A DNA stretch of 11,149 nucleotides. Source: Deltaproteobacteria bacterium. GTDB taxonomy: Bacteria > Myxococcota_A > UBA9160 > SMWR01. The stretch is from NCBI GenBank assembly GCA_032128375.1, contig JAQBGU010000058.1, positions 1-11,149 on the forward strand. Direction: 5' to 3'. Position 1 is the first letter of the stretch. Every line of letters starts with the position of its first letter. Shown here one piece after another: positions 1 through 7,468 of this stretch. Position numbers and translations under genes: made by a program. The notes under the pieces are model-generated. The model was given only the letters and a program-made list of their open reading frames with translations. It ran no database searches and had not been told where the DNA came from.

Positions 1-648
1 TCGCTCGAGGGCGAGGAAGCCTTCGCGTCGGAGCGCAAGTCGCTGATGGCGGCCATCGGCAGCGGCCGAACCAACAGGGACCTCGCGCGGGAGCGCTTTG
101 GCGATCTGGATGCGGCAGGTCTGTTAGGCCAGTGGCGCAGCACCGCCCACTCGCTCAGCGAGATGCTGGGCGAATCGGATCCCAAGCGCCGCCTGCCCTG
201 GTTCGGGCCGGACATGGGAGTCGCGATGTTCACGACCGCCCGCTACATGGAGACCTGGGCACACGGCCAGGAAGTCTACGACCTCGTCGCCGCGCCGCGC
301 ATCCATACAGACCGGATCAAGAACATCGCCACCATCGGCATGAAGACCTTCGGTTGGACTTTCGTAAATCGAAAGAGGGAAATCCCGGGGCCGCCGCCCT
401 ACGTGCGCTTGGCGGCGCCTTCCGGCGACGTGTGGGAATGGAACGAACCCAGCGAAAACGAGTTCATCCGCGGCGAAGCTGTCGATTTCTGTCAGGTCGT
501 CACGCAGGGACGCAACGTCGCAGATACGAAGCTCACTGTCAGAGGCCAGGTCGCGACGCAGTGGATGGCGATCGCTCAGTGCTTCGCCGGCGGGCCCGTC
601 GACCCACCAAAGGCGGGAACGCGGGGACCGCAGATCCAATCGGGATAG
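1..648 (+). CDS. TIGR03084-family putative metal-binding protein (MDMPI/DinB-like N-domain plus 'wyosine formation'-type C-domain), 5'-partial
   Basis: Frame is open from base 1 (SLEGEEAFASERKSL-MAAI...), so the true start lies upstream of the window. Family-typical motifs: LPWFGPDM, ARYMETWAHGQE, VRLAAPSGDVWEW, GEAVDFCQVVTQGRN, WMAIAQCFAGGP. Stop TAG at 646-648. Confidence 0.8.
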   Translation, partial: SLEGEEAFASERKSLMAAIGSGRTNRDLARERFGDLDAAGLLGQWRSTAHSLSEMLGESDPKRRLPWFGPDMGVAMFTTARYMETWAHGQEVYDLVAAPRIHTDRIKNIATIGMKTFGWTFVNRKREIPGPPPYVRLAAPSGDVWEWNEPSENEFIRGEAVDFCQVVTQGRNVADTKLTVRGQVATQWMAIAQCFAGGPVDPPKAGTRGPQIQSG

Positions 649-705
649 GCACACCGAAGCCGCGAAGAGCATCGAATCGAACCAACCGCAGGGAGAGGGA
701 GCAGC

Positions 706-1899
706 ATGGATCTTGAATTCGATGGCCGCTACGACGAGTTCCGCGAGCAGGTGCGCGATTTCGTAGCCAAACACCGCCCCACCCAGAATTTCGGGCTCTC
801 GGACGGCAGCAATGCAGATCGGGTCGCCTGGATGACTCTGCAAATCGAGCACGGCTACTGGGCCCGCACGATTCCGGAGGAGTACGGCGGATACGGCGCC
901 GAGCCCGACCTGCTCGAGACCGTGATCATGGACGAAGAATTCAACAAGGCGGGCGTGACCCGCGGCATGATGGCTCAGGGTCCGTCGATGCTGGTCCCGA
1001 CCTTGCTGAGTCACGGCAGCGAGGAGCAGCGCAAGCGCTGGATCGGTCCGACGCTGCGCGGCGAGGTAATCTGGTGCCAGGGTTACTCCGAACCCGGCTC
1101 CGGCAGCGATCTGGCGAGCCTACAGACACGCGCCAGTGAAGATGGGGACGACTTCATCATCAATGGCCAGAAAATCTGGACGAGCACCGCGGACAAGGCA
1201 CAAATGTGTTTCATCCTCGTGCGGACCGAACCCGACGCCAAGAAACACGAGGGCATCAGTTACATCCTGCTCCCGATGGACACACCGGGTATCGCAATTC
1301 AGCCGCTGCGCACGATGTCGGGGGACCTCGGCGAAAACTCGTTCAATCAGGTCTTCTTGACCGACGTGCGTGTGCCCAAGGCCAACGTAGTGGGCAAGCG
1401 CGGCGAAGGCTGGAAGATCGCGAATACGACGCTCAAGCACGAGCGCAGCTCGCTGAACGCAAACGCCGAAGGCACCTTGATGCGACTCGCGCGGTTGATG
1501 AACAACGAGACCATCAACGGCGTGCCCGCCATGGCGAGTCCGATCTACCGCGACCGGCTGATGAAACTGCAGGCCCGCGCGCTGTCGATGAAGCACCACG
1601 GCATGCGCATGCTCACATCGAGCATCAGGGGCGAGTCGACCGGGGTCGCGGGACTCATCGTCAAGCTACAGAATTGCCAACTCAATTTCGACATGGCGGC
1701 ACTCGCAATCGACGTGATGGGCGAACTGGGTGCCCTCTACGACCACAGCAAGTACGAGCGCGAGCGCGGCTACTGGCAGTCCCACTCGATTTTCTCACTC
1801 GGGCTGATCATCGGTGGCGGCACGGCCCAGATCCAGAAGAACATCATCGCAGAGCGCGGGCTCGGTCTGCCGCGTGAGCCCAAGCCGGCGATGGCCTGA
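706..1899 (+). CDS. Acyl-CoA dehydrogenase family protein (FadE-type, putative catalytic subunit)
   Basis: 397 aa. Motifs WCQGYSEPGSGSDLASL, INGQKIWTS, FNQVFLTDVRVP, GEGWKIANTTLKHER, IIGGGTAQIQKNII-ERGLGLPRE. SD-like GGGAG just upstream of ATG 706. Confidence 0.95.
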   Translation: MDLEFDGRYDEFREQVRDFVAKHRPTQNFGLSDGSNADRVAWMTLQIEHGYWARTIPEEYGGYGAEPDLLETVIMDEEFNKAGVTRGMMAQGPSMLVPTLLSHGSEEQRKRWIGPTLRGEVIWCQGYSEPGSGSDLASLQTRASEDGDDFIINGQKIWTSTADKAQMCFILVRTEPDAKKHEGISYILLPMDTPGIAIQPLRTMSGDLGENSFNQVFLTDVRVPKANVVGKRGEGWKIANTTLKHERSSLNANAEGTLMRLARLMNNETINGVPAMASPIYRDRLMKLQARALSMKHHGMRMLTSSIRGESTGVAGLIVKLQNCQLNFDMAALAIDVMGELGALYDHSKYERERGYWQSHSIFSLGLIIGGGTAQIQKNIIAERGLGLPREPKPAMA

Positions 1900-1945
1900 C
1901 AATATTTTCGCGACATAGCAGACCGCAGGGAGCGCACGAAAGAAC

Positions 1946-3034
1946 ATGGATTTTGGACTCTCAGAAGATCAACTTCTGTTCGAAAAGACGGTTCGGAGTT
2001 TCGTATCGGACCAGGTACCCATCGAGCGAGTGCGCGAGATGCGCGACAAGGATTGTCCGAATGACCGCGCCGTGTGGAGCGCGTTGGCTGAACTCGGCGT
2101 CGCCGGAGTACTCGTACCCGAAGCGCAAGGCGGTAGCGCGCTCGCCCTGCTGGACGCCGCGCTCGTCTCGCAAGCGCTGGGCCATGCAGTGACACCAACC
2201 CCGTTCCTCGCATCAGCAGTGATGGCGCCCGTCGCGCTCACGGCAGTATCCGGAAGCGATGCTCTTGCATGGTTGACCGGGATATCGACCGGTGATCTCG
2301 TCTTCGGCGTCGCCGTGACAGAACTGTTCAGTGTGCGCGAAAGTGCCGGCGTCAGCCTGAAGGCCGGCGCGCTGCACGGCAAGGCGATGATGGCAATCGA
2401 TGCCTGCGCGGCCGACTTCCTGCTCGTGGCAATCGACGCCGACACACTCTGCGTGGTATGCGGCGACGCGCCCGGGCTCGCGATCACCCGCCTCGCGACT
2501 GTCGATGCGACGCGTTGCACGGCCGAGGTGGTATTCGAGGGCGTCATGCCCGAAGCCGTGTTCGACGGCGCACGAGATGCGATCGCGCGCATGCTCGAGG
2601 CGGGTCGCATTGCGCTCGCGGCCGATGCCCTGGGCGCCTGTGAGTCGATGGTCGAGCAGGCCGTCGCCTACGCGCTGCAGCGCAAGCAGTTCGACCGCGT
2701 GATCGGATCGTTTCAATCGGTGAAGCACATGTGTGCCGAGATGATCGCCGAAGTCGAGCCCGCCCGATCACTGCTCTGGTATGCGGCACACAGCTTCGAC
2801 GCCATGCCGCATGAGGCCCCCCTGATGGCGTGCCACGTGCTTGCGCACACCTCAGAAATCGCTCGCGAGATCGCGAGCGTCTCGACCCAGGTGCACGGCG
2901 GCATTGGTTGGACCGACGAGCAGAACCTCCACTTCTGGTTCAAGCGCATCGGCAACGCCCGCCATCTACTCGGTGGCCCCGAGTACCTGCGAAATCGCGC
3001 CGCGGAGCTGCAGGGCTTCGCGGCCACGGCCTAG
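1946..3034 (+). CDS. Acyl-CoA dehydrogenase family protein (FadE-type, putative non-catalytic partner subunit)
   Basis: 362 aa. MDFGLSEDQ N-terminus, RKQFDRVIGSFQSVKH, QVHGGIGWTDE, HFWFKR. Lacks the canonical SEPxxGSD and NGxKxW motifs. Confidence 0.92.
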   Translation: MDFGLSEDQLLFEKTVRSFVSDQVPIERVREMRDKDCPNDRAVWSALAELGVAGVLVPEAQGGSALALLDAALVSQALGHAVTPTPFLASAVMAPVALTAVSGSDALAWLTGISTGDLVFGVAVTELFSVRESAGVSLKAGALHGKAMMAIDACAADFLLVAIDADTLCVVCGDAPGLAITRLATVDATRCTAEVVFEGVMPEAVFDGARDAIARMLEAGRIALAADALGACESMVEQAVAYALQRKQFDRVIGSFQSVKHMCAEMIAEVEPARSLLWYAAHSFDAMPHEAPLMACHVLAHTSEIAREIASVSTQVHGGIGWTDEQNLHFWFKRIGNARHLLGGPEYLRNRAAELQGFAATA

Positions 3035-3058
3035 CGGCCAAAACGAAGGAGCCTCTCC

Positions 3059-4177
3059 GTGCAAACAAAGCTCGCTGACGACCTCGGCCTCGAGTTTCCG
3101 ATCTTCGCGTTTACCCACTGCCGCGACGTCGCCGCAGCGGTCTCGAAAGCCGGAGGGCTCGGGGTACTGGGCGTTGCGGGCCATTCGCTTGCGAACCTGA
3201 AAATGGAACTCGAATGGATCGAGAACGAGGTCGGCGATAAGCCCTTCGGCGTTGATCTGCTCTTGCCCACCAAGTTCGTCGGCAGTGACAAGGGCGGCTT
3301 CGACGGCGACCAAATGGACGAGCGCATCCCGGACGAACACCGAAAGTTCCTCGAAACATTGCTCGAGCATCACGGGGTGCCGCCGTTGCCGAGCGACGTG
3401 AAGCTCGCACCCGAATTTTCGGTCGGCTATGAGAGCCAGCGCGACGTTGTCGAGCTGGTGTTCCAGCACCGGATCAGCCTGATCGCATCGGCGCTCGGGC
3501 CGCCGCCGCCTTGGATGATCGAGATGGGTCGCCAGCACGCTGTGAAGGTCGCAGCGCTTGCGGGCACGGTCGAGCACGCGCGGCGTCACGTGGAAGCGGG
3601 CGTAGACATCGTCGTCGCGCAGGGTTATGAAGCGGGCGGCCACACCGGCACCATTTCGACGATGGTGCTCGTGCCCGAAGTCGTAGACGCAGTGAGTCCG
3701 ATCCCGGTATTGGCCGCGGGCGGCATCGGCAACGGCCGTCAACTAACCGCGGCACTCGCTCTCGGCGCACAAGGCGTCTGGTGCGGTTCGGTCTGGCTCA
3801 CCACAGAAGAGGCCGAGACGCATCCCGTCGTCAAGCAGAAGTTCTTGAAAGCGGGATCTGGCGATACCGTCCGCAGTCGCTCGTTGACGGGAAAGCCCGC
3901 CCGCCAGCTGCGCAGCGCCTGGACCGATGCGTGGGAAGACCCGTCGAATCCCGATCCGCTCCCGATGCCGCTGCAGCCGAGACTCGTGCGAGAGGCGCAG
4001 GCGCGCATCAGCCGCTCGGCCCACAACAATCGAGGCGCAGAACAGCTCTCGAACTACTTCGTTGGCCAGATCGTGGGTTCGCTGAACCACGTCAAATCGG
4101 TGCGCACGGTGATGGAAGAGTTTGCGCTCGAGTACGCGGACACGATGGAGCAGCTCGATAAATACACTGAAGAGTAG
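3059..4177 (+). CDS. Nitronate monooxygenase / FabK-like FMN-dependent oxidoreductase (NPD-like family)
   Basis: 372 aa. GTG start with SD AAGGAG at 3046-3051. Motifs FPIFAFTHCRDV, AGGLGVLG, AQGYEAGGHTG, PVLAAGGIGNGR, GAQGVWCGSVWL, SRSLTGKPAR. Confidence 0.9.
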   Translation: MQTKLADDLGLEFPIFAFTHCRDVAAAVSKAGGLGVLGVAGHSLANLKMELEWIENEVGDKPFGVDLLLPTKFVGSDKGGFDGDQMDERIPDEHRKFLETLLEHHGVPPLPSDVKLAPEFSVGYESQRDVVELVFQHRISLIASALGPPPPWMIEMGRQHAVKVAALAGTVEHARRHVEAGVDIVVAQGYEAGGHTGTISTMVLVPEVVDAVSPIPVLAAGGIGNGRQLTAALALGAQGVWCGSVWLTTEEAETHPVVKQKFLKAGSGDTVRSRSLTGKPARQLRSAWTDAWEDPSNPDPLPMPLQPRLVREAQARISRSAHNNRGAEQLSNYFVGQIVGSLNHVKSVRTVMEEFALEYADTMEQLDKYTEE

Positions 4178-4204
4178 CGGCCGAAACCCCAGTCGACTTG
4201 TGAA

Positions 4205-5302
4205 CTACGGCCGCCACCAGTGCGCGGCGCGAAGGTGCGAAGCGACGCGTGTCGCGATGACGCCGTTTCCCCGCCGCGATGGATGGACTGAGTCCACGAA
4301 ATCGCGTTGATCGTGCGTGGCTCGAATTCCGCGCCAGCGCAAGATTCGCGCAATGGCCGCCACACGCGGGATCCACCCGGGTTCTTTCGTGAGCTGCAAT
4401 GGCGGCTCGAACGCGAAGTGCGGGGTCAGGTCTATGACTTCGCCACCTTCTGCACGCACACCGCGCGAGAGTCTTCTTGCGCTGCGAGAATACTCCTTGT
4501 CCACCGCGCGTGGCGGAATGATCAACAGCACCAGACGGCCGCCCGACGCTCGCACCAGCGACACCATTTGAATGATGGGGCGATCGACGAGAAGCCGCAT
4601 CATCGCGTCCCGCTCCGTTGGCCGCATTGCGTTGATCTGCGGCCAGACCGGCGCGGTCGAGCGGAGACGGGAGATCATCTGCTGCACGCCCGATCTCGCA
4701 TCGGTTTCCAGGGCATCCCCGCGGTGCGCGAGCACCTCTTCGAGATACGTGGCGTGAATTTCTCGCACGTTGTCGAACGGATCCTCGGAGGCCATCAAGT
4801 CGTTGTGGCAGAAGTTCAGCAACACCACGTCCGGTTCGAGTGAAACGATGAACTGCTCCAGAAATCGAAGCTCTTGGACCGACGAATAACCCACGACTCC
4901 GGCGTTGATCACCTCGACCGGTGCATCTTCTCGTAGCTGCGCCTCCAGTTGGCCCAGTAGCGACTCGCCGGCGCTGACTCCGGTTCCCCACATCACCGAA
5001 TCGCCGATGCCCACGACGAGCGGGCCACGACCGGGCGACCGATTGCCGATACCCACGCGAAAACCGTGTTCATCCGTCCTGACCTCCACGCTTCCCCACG
5101 CGAAAGCATCGAAGTTCGGCTCATTGATGAACCCGACTCGGGCGTCAGGTATCCACATGCCAATCTGGTTCTCATAGCGGAACTCCGGATCGCGAATCCC
5201 CACCACGGCTTCCGTCACTGCCAGAGCGATCCAGCACAACAGGCCGCTCGCCAGCACACCTCCCACCACCAGGATCGACCGCCCGAACCCATTCGAAATC
5301 AT
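4205..5302 (-). CDS. SGNH/GDSL hydrolase-fold protein with N-terminal membrane anchor
   Basis: 365 aa. Hydrophobic N-terminal segment (ILVVGGVLASGLLCWIALAV). Block I GIGDSVMWG, block II INAGVVGYS, block III NFCHND, block V DSVHPS. TDEHGFR precedes block I. Confidence 0.88.
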   Translation of the reverse strand: MISNGFGRSILVVGGVLASGLLCWIALAVTEAVVGIRDPEFRYENQIGMWIPDARVGFINEPNFDAFAWGSVEVRTDEHGFRVGIGNRSPGRGPLVVGIGDSVMWGTGVSAGESLLGQLEAQLREDAPVEVINAGVVGYSSVQELRFLEQFIVSLEPDVVLLNFCHNDLMASEDPFDNVREIHATYLEEVLAHRGDALETDARSGVQQMISRLRSTAPVWPQINAMRPTERDAMMRLLVDRPIIQMVSLVRASGGRLVLLIIPPRAVDKEYSRSARRLSRGVRAEGGEVIDLTPHFAFEPPLQLTKEPGWIPRVAAIARILRWRGIRATHDQRDFVDSVHPSRRGNGVIATRVASHLRAAHWWRP

Positions 5303-5306
5303 CGCG

Positions 5307-6617
5307 TCACCGCAACGAGGCCCGAAGCCGCTCGAATAGCCGACTCGCCACCAACTGGTGCCCCCGCGCGTTCCAGTGGACGTCCCCTTCGATGAAGAAT
5401 TCTGGCCAGCTTTCGAGTTCGCAAAAGGTCGAAAACAAATCGATCAACTCAATTTCGTGCCGGCGCGCAAAATCCCGGTAGATCTGTCGATACTCGGAGT
5501 CGATGCAGTGGTCCCCCGATAGCTGCGTGGGATGAGGATAGATGCCCAGGTAGAAGTGGACTCCCTCCTTCCTGCATAACTGCTCGATTCGTCGCACGAA
5601 GACAGAACAGACCTTGATCCCAAAATCGACCCACAGTCGGGCTCGAGTATCCTCTTGCTCGGTCCACCGAAGGCGGGGCGAGCTCTCGTAGAGAGGTGGG
5701 GAAGAATCCTCCTTCCGAATCCGGCCGAGCAATCGCGGGTACAACAGATTGCCGAGTTCCGATTCCAGCTGCAGCGCAAGCTCGATCTTGCGCTGCTGTT
5801 CGAGCCAGCTTGATTGACGCTCTGCTTCCGAGTAGCCCGTCCAGTCCAAGTAGACACTGCCCTCATCGTGCACGTCCGTGATGTCGAGCATGAGGACCAC
5901 GACATTTGTTGTGTAACCACCCGCGATGAATTGAACGAGTTGTCGGTACTCGAATCGCGGTGAGTAGCTGCTGACCCCTCCTGTCAGCACCTCGATATTC
6001 GCACCGTCCGCCGACAGGAGCTCTTGCAGCTGGTGGGGGAACCCGTCTTCGTACTCAACCCCGAGACCTTCACTGAAGGAGTCGCCGAGGATCAGCATAC
6101 GCTCGCCGTCGCTCCGCGTCTTCGCGACGTCACGCACACGAAGATCGCGAAAACCGAGGTTGTTGGTCGAATAGCGTACGATCTCTCGCCCCCATTCAGA
6201 AAACGATTCCACGTTCGCGCTGAGCGCGTGGTGGAGATAATCGTCTGGCCGCCGCAACTCCGCGCGCGCGATCAGAACATCGGACGGCGATACTTCGACA
6301 TGTCGCAGCACGAACTCGACGGATACGATCGGAACCACGACAGCCACGATCACCATGTTTGTCAGCACGATTCCGACGGATCGACGTCCGACGAGCGAAA
6401 CGACAGCGAGTGCCAACAGGATCGCGTCCAATGCGCCCAGCGCGAGGCGTGCATCGCTGGAGAGTGTCGTGGCTTCCCCGAAGATCCATCCCAGCGTGAA
6501 CTCGTTGAGCGCGAGGGCCAAGAGCAGGTAGCCGCCTCCCAACACACCGACCAGCCAGGAAACCGCGCTCGGCAGCGGCTCGGCGACTGACACACTCCCC
6601 GAATCGTCGATCGTCAT
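5307..6617 (-). CDS. SGNH/GDSL hydrolase-fold membrane protein (AlgX/AlgJ-like acyl esterase/transferase fold)
   Basis: About 436 aa from ATG 6617 (MTIDDSG...). The track's extension to 6761 is Arg/Pro-rich and not protein-like. About three N-terminal hydrophobic segments, then TNNLGFRD, ILGDSFSEG, GGVSSYS, DITDVHD, GDVHWNARGH. Stop lies 4 nt before the ATG of the next SGNH gene. Confidence 0.85.
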   Translation of the reverse strand: MTIDDSGSVSVAEPLPSAVSWLVGVLGGGYLLLALALNEFTLGWIFGEATTLSSDARLALGALDAILLALAVVSLVGRRSVGIVLTNMVIVAVVVPIVSVEFVLRHVEVSPSDVLIARAELRRPDDYLHHALSANVESFSEWGREIVRYSTNNLGFRDLRVRDVAKTRSDGERMLILGDSFSEGLGVEYEDGFPHQLQELLSADGANIEVLTGGVSSYSPRFEYRQLVQFIAGGYTTNVVVLMLDITDVHDEGSVYLDWTGYSEAERQSSWLEQQRKIELALQLESELGNLLYPRLLGRIRKEDSSPPLYESSPRLRWTEQEDTRARLWVDFGIKVCSVFVRRIEQLCRKEGVHFYLGIYPHPTQLSGDHCIDSEYRQIYRDFARRHEIELIDLFSTFCELESWPEFFIEGDVHWNARGHQLVASRLFERLRASLR

Positions 6618-6841
6618 CGGCTGAAGCCGAACCCGATCGCCAGGCGAGCCATGCGCTCGGTGCGGCCCAACTCGAGGGGACTGCGGCGCGGCTCTGGCCG
6701 CTTCGCCCGCCCGCGATACGCCCCGAAGATCCGTTTTCCGAAAGGGTCGACCCTGGCACACGATTGCCGGAAGGAAAGATCGTGCGGATACCCGGATGTA
6801 GTCATCTGCAGCACTCCTGAGGATTGCGCAGCATCAGGTTC

Positions 6842-7120
6842 TCATGATGCAGCGGATCGTCGGTTCTCGAGCTGATGCAAGATCTCGTGGTGTCGATTGC
6901 TGGTCAGATCGTAGTTTTTCACGAATAACAGGCTGAGTGCGAACAGCACAAACGAGGTTCCACCCTGTCCCAATCCCAAGGCGATGATGGTGCGCTCCGG
7001 TGCCGAGCCAGGTTCCATATCCGGAACGATTCCCGCGAAATCTACCACCAAGCCAGCGATGACCGGGTCCAACCCGATGAACAACTCGAAGGCAAGAGAT
7101 TCCGCTCTGAAGATGACACG
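6842..7120 (-). pseudogene. C-terminal remnant of an MFS transporter (GPH/MelB-like family)
   Basis: Extending the 6842..7084 ORF upstream gives RVIFRAESLAFELFIGLDPVIAGLVVDFAGI...LALGLGQGGTSFVLFALSLLFVKNYDLTSNRHHEILHQLE-like sequence. This resembles the last two TM helices and the 'Y-x-L-T-x-x-R-H-x-E-I' tail of GPH transporters. An in-frame TGA lies at 7130-7132 and there is no N-terminal portion. Confidence 0.7.
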
Positions 7121-7314
7121 ACGTCGCCTTCATCACTCCCGAGGGCGGTAGCCCGGGTGACGATGCGTTCGATGCCGACGCCCACCGTGCCGGACTCGAC
7201 GTTCTCACATCCCTTGGCGTCACGTGGAACGGCGTCGGCCTCCCCAGCGACTCACTCGACCACGCGATCGAGGCCATGGCGCAGTACGGCGAGCAGATCA
7301 TCCGCGCCTGCTGA
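7117..7314 (+). pseudogene. C-terminal remnant of an LLM-class (probably F420-dependent) oxidoreductase
   Basis: Not in the ORF track. Frame 1 after TGA 7114-7116 reads HDVAFITPEGGSPGDDAFDADAHRAGLDVLTSLGVTWNGVGLPSDSLDHAIEAMAQYGEQIIRAC*, which resembles the C-terminus of actinobacterial LLM F420-dependent oxidoreductases. Codon usage is gene-like and there is no start codon at its 5' end. Confidence 0.7.
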
Positions 7315-7420
7315 TGGACGACACCTGACAAGAACGTCAAAAAGGCGGACACCGAATCCGATCGGAGATCCCAACGACCCTCGTTCGGCCGCAGCGCGGC
7401 ACGCAGGTGTCGGATTCGGG

Positions 7421-7468
7421 CAAAATTGTGACTTTACATTTTAGAACGAAGTGTAATGCTTCCCAACA
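7421..7468 (+). promoter_or_regulatory. Putative tetR promoter with overlapping palindromic operator
   Basis: Most AT-rich stretch of the window. TTTACA (-35-like) at 7433-7438. Imperfect inverted repeat TTACATTT (7434-7441)-N7-AAGTGTAA (7449-7456). -10-like TAATGCT at 7454-7460. No SD before ATG 7469. Confidence 0.6.

Noticed and set aside
3048..3058. GGAG-CCT-CTCC mini-hairpin over the NMO Shine-Dalgarno
   Set aside because: A 4-bp stem with a 3-nt loop is too weak to claim regulation.
3059..4177. Calling this gene ipdC and the ACADs ipdE1/E2 or chsE
   Set aside because: Only family-level similarity can be seen. Orthology cannot be established by eye and other Ipd/Chs genes are absent from the window.
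124..4991. Numerous overlapping or antisense ORFs (e.g. 124..1014, 1969..2610, 2966..3742, 4092..4991)
   Set aside because: They overlap well-supported genes and carry no recognisable motifs. Expected by chance in GC-rich DNA.
6618..6761. N-terminal extension of the SGNH ORF to 6761
   Set aside because: Low-complexity Arg/Pro/Ala sequence without an SD. ATG 6617 places the TM segments near the N-terminus.
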